Positions 29,610-38,384 of a DNA stretch of 56,150 nucleotides are shown piece after piece. The notes beneath the pieces were generated by a model, which searched no databases, had not been told where the DNA came from, and saw only the letters and a list, made by a program, of their open reading frames with translations. This DNA comes from a virus (Duplodnaviria; Caudoviricetes): the IMG/VR virus record IMGVR_UViG_3300044858_006017, positions 1-56,150 of that record; one strand, 5' to 3'. The translations under genes were made by a program, and so were the position numbers. Every line of letters starts with the position of its first letter. Position 1 is the stretch's first letter.

Positions 29610-30149
29610 TTAAATACCTGATAAAAATGGATTAAATCTAAAAAAGTGAGGATGATCCTCGGGGCCACATTGTCTTTGAGGTTTGTTCTTTTCCATATAA
29701 GACTTCACCGCAGGAGACATGTGGGTAATCTGCAAACCATCTTTTTTAAGGCCTGTAGCATTCACCAACAAGTTGGCTATCCCGTATCCCCTAAACACGT
29801 CTTTAACATAGAGGTAATCCACAAACCCCCCTAATTCTTGGGAGTAGATGATGTAGCCTAGAATGTGGTCGTGGTCTTCTTTGTCCACAGCCAATAGAAC
29901 TTTCCTCAGAGGGTTTGATAACCACTTCCTGATTTGAAGCTCTTTACAACGGAAGTAGGTTTGGTGGGGGATTGCCCAATTGCCTTCACAGTTCCGGTGA
30001 GATCTCATCCAGGAATTCAGGATGAAGTTGGTATCACTTGCAATTAATGGTCTGGTCATTAGGACAGTTGTAGGGAGGGGGGTAGCCTCTGCCTTCACAT
30101 ACGGTTCATATTTTGTCTGTCCGCGATCTTTCATGAAATTTTTACTCAT
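29610..30149 (-). CDS. GNAT-family acetyltransferase-like protein
   Basis: ILGYII, DYLYVKDVFRGYGIA acetyl-CoA motif; start moved to MSKNF. Confidence 0.7.
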   Translation of the reverse strand: MSKNFMKDRGQTKYEPYVKAEATPLPTTVLMTRPLIASDTNFILNSWMRSHRNCEGNWAIPHQTYFRCKELQIRKWLSNPLRKVLLAVDKEDHDHILGYIIYSQELGGFVDYLYVKDVFRGYGIANLLVNATGLKKDGLQITHMSPAVKSYMEKNKPQRQCGPEDHPHFFRFNPFLSGI

Positions 30150-30387
30150 TGTCGTTCTCCATTTTGGAAAGGTCACTGTCACTAAGGTCTTTGAGGTCTT
30201 TGGTGAAGAGCTTTGCAACATCTAAATCATGTTTTTTTAGTTGGATTAGGGAGGCTATTATCTGTGCTGCAATTTTGGTGTGATTGGCATCTAGTTCATC
30301 TGATGAGGCAATAGCTGCCTTGAGGGAGGTGGTCTGGTCTTCTAAGACCTCAATCAGGTCCTCGAGGATTTGATCCTTTTTGTCCAT
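30142..30387 (-). CDS. putative terminase small subunit
   Basis: First gene of terL operon, helical, ends LKDLSDSDL; AGGAG RBS before ATG 30387. Confidence 0.45.
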   Translation of the reverse strand: MDKKDQILEDLIEVLEDQTTSLKAAIASSDELDANHTKIAAQIIASLIQLKKHDLDVAKLFTKDLKDLSDSDLSKMENDNE

Positions 30388-30426
30388 TGTATAACTCCTA
30401 GTGGGAATAACTGTTTCCCTACTCTG

Positions 30427-30454
30427 AGTATAGATCACGGGGTGTATGTGTCAA
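30427..30454 (-). promoter_or_regulatory. sigma70-type promoter of packaging/head operon
   Basis: TTGACA-N16-TATACT on minus strand. Confidence 0.7.
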
Positions 30455-30464
30455 CTTTTTTACT

Positions 30465-30976
30465 GTTTCCTGCTCTCGGACCGACGTCCGGCTACCTCAA
30501 AGCAAAGCTCCCCCTACCCCAGGCCTACTCTTACGAGCAGATCTAGATAAATAGTCCACCATGGGGCGGAAGGACTATTTACCTAGACGCCGCAGCTCAG
30601 AGTAAGCCCTATTCCCTAACATTACCCACAAGCCGCTCTCGGAACTATGTATTTGAGAGTTTGTTTGGGCAAGCCGCCAGTTTTTATTCCAGTTTGGAGT
30701 AGCTTTGCTGTACGGTCTTACGTACGTAGCACTGTCGTCACGACATGACACTTCAGAATAAAAAAGGTGTGATCTCAGGTTTTTCCGGGTTATTAGACAC
30801 GGCTGATCCACTGTGCGGAGGGAACGCAAAGAAACAGAAAAAGATGGTTTATTTAGTAATATGCTAATTTTTTTCATCTTTCCTCCTTTCTTCGCGCGCA
30901 AGGGTACGGTTTGCACGTTCTTGCTTGCTTCAGCCCACTAGGGGCCTACACTACCTCTATCCTTTCGATAGGGGCA
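30465..30976 (-). ncRNA. candidate large structured RNA
   Basis: Series of long hairpins whose mismatches are G-U wobbles only on the minus strand; preceded by TTGAAA-N16-TATGCT. Confidence 0.55.
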
Positions 30977-30982
30977 TTAAAC

Positions 30983-31010
30983 AGCATAACGGATTTTTTT
31001 AACATTTCAA
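30983..31010 (-). promoter_or_regulatory. sigma70-type promoter of structured RNA
   Basis: TTGAAA-N16-TATGCT on minus strand. Confidence 0.55.
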
Positions 31011-31062
31011 TAAGGGTTGTGGTAGTATGTTTAAAGTAGATATCCACTAAAAGGTTAACATC

Positions 31063-31359
31063 ATGAAAAATAAAGGGCTAGCTTCGAGAGAAAGACAGGA
31101 ACGGTTCAATACGGTAGAAGCCGGGTGGTCAACTATACCCACCTTTCTAAGATCCCAAGGGATCACGGGATCAATAGATTCTAGAGAGACTTATTTGAGA
31201 TTGTATGCCGTTTTGTACAAATTAGGTAGTGATATGAATCGAAAAGCATACACATACGAAGGAAGAAATGTTTTTTCTACTGTTTTCCGGACAGACTTTC
31301 TTTTAAAACATAAAAAAGAAATCTTTGACTTTTTAAGGGGAAAAGTAAAATTCTCTTAA
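31063..31359 (+). CDS. hypothetical protein resembling C-terminal domain of 31553 gene
   Basis: LYKLGSD..TYEG..FRTDFLLKHKKEIFDFL vs LSNIGGE..TFKG..WHPQFLDENKGRILNFL. Confidence 0.6.
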   Translation: MKNKGLASRERQERFNTVEAGWSTIPTFLRSQGITGSIDSRETYLRLYAVLYKLGSDMNRKAYTYEGRNVFSTVFRTDFLLKHKKEIFDFLRGKVKFS

Positions 31360-31369
31360 ACAAGAGGCC

Positions 31370-31396
31370 TAAAGTTCCTATAAAAACTTCCGATAA
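31370..31396 (+). promoter_or_regulatory. sigma28-type promoter
   Basis: TAAAGTTC-N11-TCCGATAA. Confidence 0.85.
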
Positions 31397-31401
31397 GGAA
31401 A

Positions 31402-31473
31402 ATGAGGGGTGAAAGCCTCTCATGACTTCTCCTTAGACTTTACCCCGGGTAATCTGCCTGGGGTTTTTCTTTT
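31402..31473 (+). ncRNA. candidate sRNA with anti-SD sequence
   Basis: Promoter, GAAA-tetraloop hairpin, single-stranded ACTTCTCCTT, then intrinsic terminator ACCCCGGG/CCTGGGGT-TTTT. Confidence 0.6.
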
Positions 31474-31484
31474 CAAAATACCTC

Positions 31485-31511
31485 TAAAGTTTGCCCGTAG
31501 AGTTCCGATGA
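31485..31511 (+). promoter_or_regulatory. sigma28-type promoter
   Basis: TAAAGTTT-N11-TCCGATGA. Confidence 0.8.
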
Positions 31512-31552
31512 GACTAGAGAGGAATGATCCTCATAGTCTTAAAGAGGCACCA

Positions 31553-32521
31553 ATGACTGATTTAGTACCGTCCCAATTCGTTTCCCCCTCCCCACGTCCT
31601 GAGCTCAATGGTGAGTTAGGCTTGGATTTGCACGAGATTGCAAAGAGTCTGGGTGTAGATTTTAAACACGTGAAAGAGAAATACCTTCGTATGGAAAAAG
31701 CCAATAGAATCAAAGGAGCCGTATATACGGCTACAATAGATTCAGGGACTTACACAGAGCGCACAATTGAGTCCTATGTCCTGGATTTAGACTCTGCCAA
31801 GTTCTTCGTTGCTAAATGGGACTCTGAAGTTGGGGACGCTTACACCCGATTCCTCATCCAATGTGAAAAGAAACTTGAGAGAACCCAATCCCAACTCGAA
31901 ACCCTTTTCACCGACCCGAGGAAAGGAGCCGAGTTTCTGACCAAGGTGGCCGAGCTTAAGGAAGAGAAGGACGCACTAGCTGCCCGAATCCCTCAATTGG
32001 AGTCGGAGAGAGACCATGCTATTAAAACAAAAGGCCAGATTTCCAGCAATAAAGCGGCAACTTCTATGGTTAGGTTAAGTAATCTGGTTCAGTATATGAG
32101 GAAAAGAGGTATCCCCATCCCTGCCTATGCGGAAATAGATAGTGAGGAGGGGGCTCTAGAGAGAGTTCGGGAACTTGAAGAACTGCTTAAAAAGCATGAT
32201 GCCGCTTTAGAGGCGTACCGGAGAAAAGAAGACCTCCAAGATGAAAAAAATCTAACCTACATCCCTACATCTAAGAACGGAACAGGGTTTAATGAGGTAT
32301 TGAAAAGATGGGGGTATATCCTCACAGTGGGGAATAACAGAGACATCAATAAAGTCATTAGGTGCTACCTGTCAAATATCGGAGGGGAAATTTTATGGGC
32401 AGATTCTACTTTCAAAGGTGCCCCCTCAAAACGGTGTCTTTGGCACCCACAGTTTTTAGATGAAAACAAAGGTCGTATTTTAAATTTTCTGACAAATGAG
32501 GGGTGGTTAAAGAAAGCCTAA
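31553..32521 (+). CDS. Rha/antirepressor-like DNA-binding regulator
   Basis: LHEIAKSLG..FKHV, SYVLDLDSAKF..FLIQCEKK, RDHAIKTKGQI; start moved to MTDLV. Confidence 0.6.
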   Translation: MTDLVPSQFVSPSPRPELNGELGLDLHEIAKSLGVDFKHVKEKYLRMEKANRIKGAVYTATIDSGTYTERTIESYVLDLDSAKFFVAKWDSEVGDAYTRFLIQCEKKLERTQSQLETLFTDPRKGAEFLTKVAELKEEKDALAARIPQLESERDHAIKTKGQISSNKAATSMVRLSNLVQYMRKRGIPIPAYAEIDSEEGALERVRELEELLKKHDAALEAYRRKEDLQDEKNLTYIPTSKNGTGFNEVLKRWGYILTVGNNRDINKVIRCYLSNIGGEILWADSTFKGAPSKRCLWHPQFLDENKGRILNFLTNEGWLKKA

Positions 32522-32545
32522 AGTTCTTCCCAAAAGTTCCGATAG
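32519..32545 (+). promoter_or_regulatory. sigma28-type promoter
   Basis: TAAAGTTC-N11-TCCGATAG. Confidence 0.85.
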
Positions 32546-32566
32546 GTTTTATAGAACGAGAGGAGA

Positions 32567-32791
32567 ATGAAAATGACTATATACACACACGAAAACTTTG
32601 CGACAGGCACCCGAGCAATTAGACTCGGGACACAAAAAGATGGCATTTTTATTGATTTTTATTCCGATGGAACCTGGGGCTATACTGTAATTAAAGACGG
32701 GAAGATAGTAATATCCCAAGATTTTGAGGATAGTGTGTCTTTTGAGGAAGTTAAAGCCGTGTTTATAGGTGAAAGGGGGAGTTTAAAATGA
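32567..32791 (+). CDS. hypothetical protein
   Basis: GAGGAG RBS, downstream of promoter. Confidence 0.65.
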   Translation: MKMTIYTHENFATGTRAIRLGTQKDGIFIDFYSDGTWGYTVIKDGKIVISQDFEDSVSFEEVKAVFIGERGSLK

Positions 32792-33000
32792 TGACTTATC
32801 TGGAAATAGCTGAAATAACAGGTGTTAGCTCTAACTACCTACATCTATACTTGATTTTGAACGAACGAGAATGGTTGTTTAAAAGGGAGGGGACAGTTTT
32901 GGTTTTTGAAGATTTAGAGGCTCAAAGATTAATTCGAAGAGTGGATGAAATAAAGTCAAGGTTTGATTCAGGTCATCCGATAAGTATTATGGAATTCTAA
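32788..33000 (+). CDS. small HTH-like protein
   Basis: MTYLEIAEITGVS resembles an HTH start. Confidence 0.5.
   Translation: MMTYLEIAEITGVSSNYLHLYLILNEREWLFKREGTVLVFEDLEAQRLIRRVDEIKSRFDSGHPISIMEF
32957..32983 (+). promoter_or_regulatory. sigma28-type promoter
   Basis: CAAGGTTT-N11-TCCGATAA upstream of 33020. Confidence 0.65.
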
Positions 33001-33019
33001 AACGAAAGGAAAATAGAGT

Positions 33020-34000
33020 ATGGGGCAGGTAAGATTTGAGTTTTCTGAACTAAGTGTTTACGAGATGATTGCTAGTTTAAATCGAGGAAGTATACAAATA
33101 CCTTTTTATCAGCGTAAATATTCATGGGTAAAGACACGCGCGGGGAAAGAGGTAGAGTTTATCAAGTTTCTCCATAGAAACCGATGTCTAACTTCTATGA
33201 TTATTTTAGACAGACAAGCAGATAATAAGGACACACGTTTCATCCTAGATGGAATGCACCGGCTAAAGTGCCTCCAGCGGTTTTTTAATTTAGAATTTGA
33301 AGTAGAGGGGGTAGTTCCAAGAGATATTGAGGGTATTTATATTAAGATAGTTACAGGGGTTTTTGAGAGCGACAGTGACAGACTAGAGATTTTTAATAGT
33401 CTAAACACAACCTCTACAAAAATGGAGACCTCTTTTGTCCAGTATGTAACTAATAATTTAACAGACACACACCCTACCCAGCCGGTATTTAAAGCTATAC
33501 GTGAAACAGAGAATACCCATACCCTTAACGCAGAGGAGAGGCATACACAGAGGCATGTTTTATACCAAAATCTGTGTCAGTTTTTATTATCCTATTCTGA
33601 AGGGGTGGTTAAGGAGAACCCTGAAATGTATTTTCCATATACCCCTAAAAAGAAAAATGATATGGAAAATATTGTTTATGACCTACCTGAATGGGTTTAT
33701 AAAGCTGTAGAGCCTGACATTTTATCTACTGTGCTAAAGTATTTAATACTTTTCCAGTCACCCTCTTATAAAAAATATATAAAAAACGCTGCAAAAGATA
33801 GTAAATCCCCGATAGGAAAGTATTTAGCTCTTCTACTCGGGAAAATTTTTTACGAAGGCCTCTATCAAAAAGATAGTTTGTCGCTTTCTGATGAGGCCGC
33901 TGTATTAAAAAGGTTGATAGAAAAAGCTTCTGCGAAAAAATATTATAAGGTTAAAGGGGCAAACCAACTACCTATGCTATTAAAAATGGTGTGGGAATAA
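33020..34000 (+). CDS. DUF262 (ParB/Srx-like, GmrS-type) domain protein
   Basis: IPFYQRKYSW, ILDGMHRL, IFNSLN. Confidence 0.75.
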   Translation: MGQVRFEFSELSVYEMIASLNRGSIQIPFYQRKYSWVKTRAGKEVEFIKFLHRNRCLTSMIILDRQADNKDTRFILDGMHRLKCLQRFFNLEFEVEGVVPRDIEGIYIKIVTGVFESDSDRLEIFNSLNTTSTKMETSFVQYVTNNLTDTHPTQPVFKAIRETENTHTLNAEERHTQRHVLYQNLCQFLLSYSEGVVKENPEMYFPYTPKKKNDMENIVYDLPEWVYKAVEPDILSTVLKYLILFQSPSYKKYIKNAAKDSKSPIGKYLALLLGKIFYEGLYQKDSLSLSDEAAVLKRLIEKASAKKYYKVKGANQLPMLLKMVWE

Positions 34001-34016
34001 AAAGCTGCGGCAGCTT

Positions 34017-34043
34017 TAAAGTTTTCCTATATTCCTCCGATAT
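34017..34043 (+). promoter_or_regulatory. sigma28-type promoter
   Basis: TAAAGTTT-N11-TCCGATAT, preceded by AAAGCTG/CAGCTTT hairpin. Confidence 0.85.
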
Positions 34044-34060
34044 GTATTGTAGGAGGCTTT

Positions 34061-34333
34061 ATGAAAACACTTCTTTTACTTTTATGTATCTCTTGTGGAA
34101 CTATAAAACAAACAGCCGAAATACCGGCTGAATTACTAGTTTCGGCCTCCGAATCCGTGGAACAAGGTAAACAAGAGTCTTTTAAGGTAGTTGAAGGTTT
34201 GGTCGAGCCTTTAGAAAATTTCAGTGAAGATGCTGAGTTGCTGTTAACATATATTGAAACGGTAGAAGATATGAATAATGTTGAAAGAAATGAAGAATTC
34301 ACCCGCCTATTGACACACTTTAAAAATAAATAG
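34061..34333 (+). CDS. putative lipoprotein
   Basis: MKTLLLLLCISC lipobox-like signal. Confidence 0.55.
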   Translation: MKTLLLLLCISCGTIKQTAEIPAELLVSASESVEQGKQESFKVVEGLVEPLENFSEDAELLLTYIETVEDMNNVERNEEFTRLLTHFKNK

Positions 34334-34367
34334 TAAACTCAAAATTCACCTTTTTTACGGAGAGAAT

Positions 34368-36206
34368 ATGGATAAAGGTTTGAAATTCTTGTCTGATTTA
34401 GTTTTTGCTCGAACTTATGCTGCCAAAAAACCCAATGGATACAAAGAAACGTGGGAAGAGGCCGTCCAACGTGTTATCGGTATGCATTGTGCTAAATTCC
34501 CCCACCTTGAGGCCGAAATCAGGGCCACAGTAGAAAAGCCGATGCTTGAAAAATGGGTTGTTCCTTCGATGCGTACTCTGCAGTTTGCTGGTGGTGGAGT
34601 GGAGAGAGAGAGCTTCCGCGCATTTAATTGCTCCTATTTGTCAATAAAATCATTTAGTTCCTTCGCAGAACTGTTCTATATTCTCATGAACGGAACTGGT
34701 GTGGGTTACTCGGTTAAAGCACACCATGTTGCACAATTACCAAAAATTCCAGACAAAGGTAAATTTAAGGTATTTCGAATTCCGGATTCCAAGGAAGGTT
34801 GGGCAGATAGTGTTTTAAAACTGTTTAAAAACCCTTGGCAGGTATTTGATTATTCCGCTATTAGACCTGCAGGAAGCCCTTTATCAACAGGTGGAACGGC
34901 AAGTGGGCCTGAAGCTTTGATGAAACTTCATGAGAAAGTGGGACGGATTCTCTTGGGTGCTCTCGGTCGTCAGTTAACCCCAATGGAGGCATCAGATATC
35001 GTGTGCCACATAGCTGATGGTGTTGTGGTCGGAGGGGTTCGAAGGGCTGCATTAATCTGTCTTTTTGATACAGTTGAGATGCTCACCTATAAAAGCGGTG
35101 CTTGGTGGGAAGAGAATCCTCAACGGGCACGAGCTAACATAAGTTTTGTTTTATTACGGGATGACCCTTGGGCTAAAGAAAAGTTTAGCAGCATTATGGA
35201 TGCCTGTTTTGCGTCAGGTAGTGGTGAACCCGGGCTGATATTTGCAAATGATATCGAGACGGGATGGAACCCGTGTGCGGAAATAACCCTACGGGATAAC
35301 GGGGTTTGTAATCTTACGGAGGTAGTTTGGCCAGCTGTTCGATACAACCATCAATTTTACACGGCTCTCCACGCGGCAATTGCTCTCGGTTGTTTACAAG
35401 CCTCCTACACCGATTTCGGGTATGTGAATCCTGAATGGAAAAGGAATGCTGACGATGAAGCATTACTCGGCGTGTCAATTACAGGTCAGGCTGAAGGGTG
35501 GGATGAACTCATTGCCACCATCGACGTCCCCAATTTTAAAGAAACTGTTGACTATTTAACTGATAAATGGGCCAAACTTGTAGGAATTAACCCGCCAAAA
35601 CGGACACTTACGACGAAACCCTCCGGAACAACGAGTGCTTTACTTGGGGTTACAAGTGGAATTCATGCGGCTCATTCCGAATTTCACATTAGGCGTGTTC
35701 GTATCGACGTTTCCCACCCACTTGCTATACACCTCGCGGGATTGCCCGAATTTAAGCCCTTCATAGAGCTTGATAAGTTCAATCCGAGTAATTATGTAAT
35801 CAGTATTCCTGTTCAAAAGGTTGGCGCCGTAACAAGATCACAGGAATCAGCCATTGATTTATTAAACCGGATGAAAAAGATTAATGAAGTTTGGGTTTCA
35901 AAAGGTCATTATGAAGGAAAAGATACACACAACGTCAGCCTCACCGTGTCATACAAACCCGAGGAAGAGGCGGGAATTAAAGAATGGATGTGGAACAACC
36001 GAAACGTATATTGTGGGATAAGCCTACTACCTTATGACGGAGGAACGTATGTCCAGGCACCTTTTCAAGAGATTGATAAAGAGACTTATGAGAGACTTTC
36101 TGCCGAGTTCCCACAAATTGATCTGTCTGGCGTGAATTTTGGCGCTACGGCTGATGAACGGATAGGTGAAGTTGCATGCGGGGCAAACGGCTGTGAGCTG
36201 GTCTAA
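34368..36206 (+). CDS. nrdJ: class II (adenosylcobalamin-dependent) ribonucleotide reductase
   Basis: FNC, GTGVG, VVVGGVRRAA, NPCAEI, CNLTE, KPSGT, C-terminal CGANGCE; no NrdB present. Confidence 0.9.
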   Translation: MDKGLKFLSDLVFARTYAAKKPNGYKETWEEAVQRVIGMHCAKFPHLEAEIRATVEKPMLEKWVVPSMRTLQFAGGGVERESFRAFNCSYLSIKSFSSFAELFYILMNGTGVGYSVKAHHVAQLPKIPDKGKFKVFRIPDSKEGWADSVLKLFKNPWQVFDYSAIRPAGSPLSTGGTASGPEALMKLHEKVGRILLGALGRQLTPMEASDIVCHIADGVVVGGVRRAALICLFDTVEMLTYKSGAWWEENPQRARANISFVLLRDDPWAKEKFSSIMDACFASGSGEPGLIFANDIETGWNPCAEITLRDNGVCNLTEVVWPAVRYNHQFYTALHAAIALGCLQASYTDFGYVNPEWKRNADDEALLGVSITGQAEGWDELIATIDVPNFKETVDYLTDKWAKLVGINPPKRTLTTKPSGTTSALLGVTSGIHAAHSEFHIRRVRIDVSHPLAIHLAGLPEFKPFIELDKFNPSNYVISIPVQKVGAVTRSQESAIDLLNRMKKINEVWVSKGHYEGKDTHNVSLTVSYKPEEEAGIKEWMWNNRNVYCGISLLPYDGGTYVQAPFQEIDKETYERLSAEFPQIDLSGVNFGATADERIGEVACGANGCELV

Positions 36207-36210
36207 GGAT

Positions 36211-36237
36211 TAAAGTTCTTCTCAAAAGTTCCGATAT
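36211..36237 (+). promoter_or_regulatory. sigma28-type promoter
   Basis: TAAAGTTC-N11-TCCGATAT, nearly identical to the 32519 copy. Confidence 0.85.
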
Positions 36238-36280
36238 GTAAAACAGAGGCAATTTAGCCTCTTTTATTTTAGGAGTAATT

Positions 36281-36571
36281 ATGGATATTTTTCATGTTGG
36301 TAAATTTTTCTGGCTTAAAGACGATCACTACGGAATCGTTAAGCAAGTGGGGCCTGTCCATTTTCAAATGGAAAATCTAGACAAACACTCCTATTTTAAT
36401 ACCCCGTATTGGTTGTTAGCCCCCGAAGAAACGGAGGAGGCTTTTGGGGTGAGGGTTTTAAACCCTACCTTAAAGCCAAAGCCGAAAAGAGCGGATGATA
36501 GGGAAAAATATATTCGAGAAGATAATGAGACTGTGTTTAGAACATGGGGAATAAAAAGGGATAAAAAATGA
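36281..36571 (+). CDS. hypothetical protein
   Basis: AGGAG RBS, follows promoter. Confidence 0.6.
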   Translation: MDIFHVGKFFWLKDDHYGIVKQVGPVHFQMENLDKHSYFNTPYWLLAPEETEEAFGVRVLNPTLKPKPKRADDREKYIREDNETVFRTWGIKRDKK

Positions 36572-36981
36572 TGTATTTAAGAACTGCGAACTTAGAACCT
36601 GTTAAATATGCTACGGTAAAATCAGCAGGATTTGATTTTACCTCCTCAATCGAGGTGAACCTCATCCACGGGACTACCGTGTTAATCCCTACTGGGGTTT
36701 TCATCGAAAGTGCTGCTTTCGATGATTTCATTATGGTTACAAGTAGGAGTGGGTTAGCCCTCCAAGGCATAATCGTTAAAAATGCCCCTGGGGTTATTGA
36801 TGCAGATTACAAACAAGAGATTAAAATTATGCTTTGGAATACCTCCGAAAAATCCTTCAAGATTAATGTAGGAGATAGGATAGCCCAAGGTGTTGTAATG
36901 AAATTTAAACAAGCTACGGGCGACGTTGAGGTAAAAACTGCAGATAGAACAGGTGGTTTTGGTTCTACGGGGGTAAAATGA
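36568..36981 (+). CDS. dut: trimeric dUTPase
   Basis: SAGFD, SRSGLA, GVIDADY, DRIAQ, RTGGFGSTG. Confidence 0.95.
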   Translation: MMYLRTANLEPVKYATVKSAGFDFTSSIEVNLIHGTTVLIPTGVFIESAAFDDFIMVTSRSGLALQGIIVKNAPGVIDADYKQEIKIMLWNTSEKSFKINVGDRIAQGVVMKFKQATGDVEVKTADRTGGFGSTGVK

Positions 36982-37163
36982 AAAAAGAAAATACCAAAAA
37001 GAAGAAAGTAGTTACTACTAAAAAAGCCTGCTTGAAATGTGATAAATCCTTCAATTCTGAAGGAAATTTTAATAGAATCTGCCCTGTATGCCGAGCTGAA
37101 ATTAGACGCCATTCCTCGTGGACGGTGGAGCACCGTATTCTGTTAGGGGGGGAGTCGTTTTGA
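36978..37163 (+). CDS. small zinc-finger protein
   Basis: CLKC..SF.SEG.FNRICPVC. Confidence 0.6.
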   Translation: MKKENTKKKKVVTTKKACLKCDKSFNSEGNFNRICPVCRAEIRRHSSWTVEHRILLGGESF

Positions 37164-37390
37164 AGAAATTCTACCACGAGATAAAACTCGACTCGGATTT
37201 AGTAGTGGTTTGTACCACACCTAAAATAAAACAGACTTTACTCTCAATTTCAAAAGACATTCGTATCTGGGATATAATTGAAGAGCTTAAGGAAGAATAT
37301 CCTGAGCTCCAAAAAGAAGACGAGGACTGGGTAATGCCTGCAAGGCTTATCACTTCAAAGTTTAAATATTTTATAGGCTCAGTGCCTTAA
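37118..37390 (+). CDS. hypothetical protein
   Basis: In operon; probable TTG start near 37160. Confidence 0.5.
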   Translation: MDGGAPYSVRGGVVLKKFYHEIKLDSDLVVVCTTPKIKQTLLSISKDIRIWDIIEELKEEYPELQKEDEDWVMPARLITSKFKYFIGSVP

Positions 37391-37400
37391 GGAGTTCGAG

Positions 37401-37724
37401 ATGAAAGACAACGATGAAGAGTGGTTTGGTGTAGCCTACGCGTTCTCTCGGTTTAGCCTCGACCCGCACAGGAAGGTCGGTGCAGTGCTTGTCCGGGATG
37501 GGAAGTTACTTAGCTATGATTGGAATCGGGAACTTGCTGCATGGCCTATTCGAGACTGGGGTGATAGGGCGCATGTCAACGAGCGGATCCAGCATGCAGA
37601 AATTGGTGCGTTACAGGCTGATTCCCGTGGGTGCGCGCTCTACGTGACTAAGCAGCCTTGTGAAAACTGTGAAAAGGTGATTAAAAATCGTGGGGTTGTG
37701 GTTAAATGGAGAGAGATGCGATGA
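37401..37724 (+). CDS. dCMP deaminase-like protein
   Basis: S.DP..KVGAVL, HAE, PCENC. Confidence 0.8.
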   Translation: MKDNDEEWFGVAYAFSRFSLDPHRKVGAVLVRDGKLLSYDWNRELAAWPIRDWGDRAHVNERIQHAEIGALQADSRGCALYVTKQPCENCEKVIKNRGVVVKWREMR

Positions 37725-37731
37725 ACGATGT

Positions 37732-37758
37732 TAAAGTTTTCCTGTGAATCACCGATAT
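37732..37758 (+). promoter_or_regulatory. sigma28-type promoter
   Basis: TAAAGTTT-N11-ACCGATAT. Confidence 0.85.
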
Positions 37759-37789
37759 GTAGTATAAAGGCAGAATAAAGGAGAATCCT

Positions 37790-38038
37790 GTGTATTTAGC
37801 AAAGAAATGTAAAGAAGATGCTACCGAGTTTCATTGTTCAGAAAGAGCTTTGTTTAAGCCTAAAGGACACCTAAATTTATATAGGGAGTTGTGTAAAACG
37901 GCAGCGGAGCACGGATATATGTCTTTGACGTTACCTGATACCTTAACCCGTGAAGAAGAATCACGGTTAATAAATGACGGGTTTCTTATTACCAAGACAA
38001 ACGGAATCATCCTTATCAACTGGGAAGGTGCCAAATGA
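37790..38038 (+). CDS. hypothetical protein
   Basis: AAGGAG RBS, GTG start. Confidence 0.6.
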   Translation: MYLAKKCKEDATEFHCSERALFKPKGHLNLYRELCKTAAEHGYMSLTLPDTLTREEESRLINDGFLITKTNGIILINWEGAK

Positions 38039-38192
38039 AAGACACCTACAAAGTGCTTGCGTATGAAGAGCTTATTGACAACGTAGGTGAGAGGATCGAG
38101 TTAATTAAAGTGTTTATGTATCAGAGTTTCGACACGGATACAGGAACTCCAGCGGACGCGGTGTTGTATGCCCTGGACAAGATTTCGAAATT

Positions 38193-38384
38193 GTGCGAGA
38201 GGAGGGGTTAATGAGCGAGTATATGACGATATGTGAGGAATCTCCCTTAGCATTTGACTCAGTAATAAATAATTTGCTACGACAGGGGTGGGAATTGTAT
38301 GGTTACCCTTACACAGCAGTTGATGTAGGGAAGCACTTTTTTTGTCAAGCAATGGTTCGATACAAAAAGGAGGAGATTAAGTGA
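38193..38384 (+). CDS. DUF1737-like small protein
   Basis: INNLLRQGWELYGYP...FCQAMV. Confidence 0.6.
   Translation: MREEGLMSEYMTICEESPLAFDSVINNLLRQGWELYGYPYTAVDVGKHFFCQAMVRYKKEEIK

Noticed and set aside
30575-30916. 113-aa ORF as a protein-coding gene
   Set aside because: No recognisable motifs and its RBS/ATG are sequestered in a long stem; treated as part of the structured RNA, though not fully excluded.
31409-31552. N-terminal extension of the 370-aa ORF
   Set aside because: It runs through a hairpin, a terminator and a promoter; ATG 31553 with GAGG RBS is more plausible.
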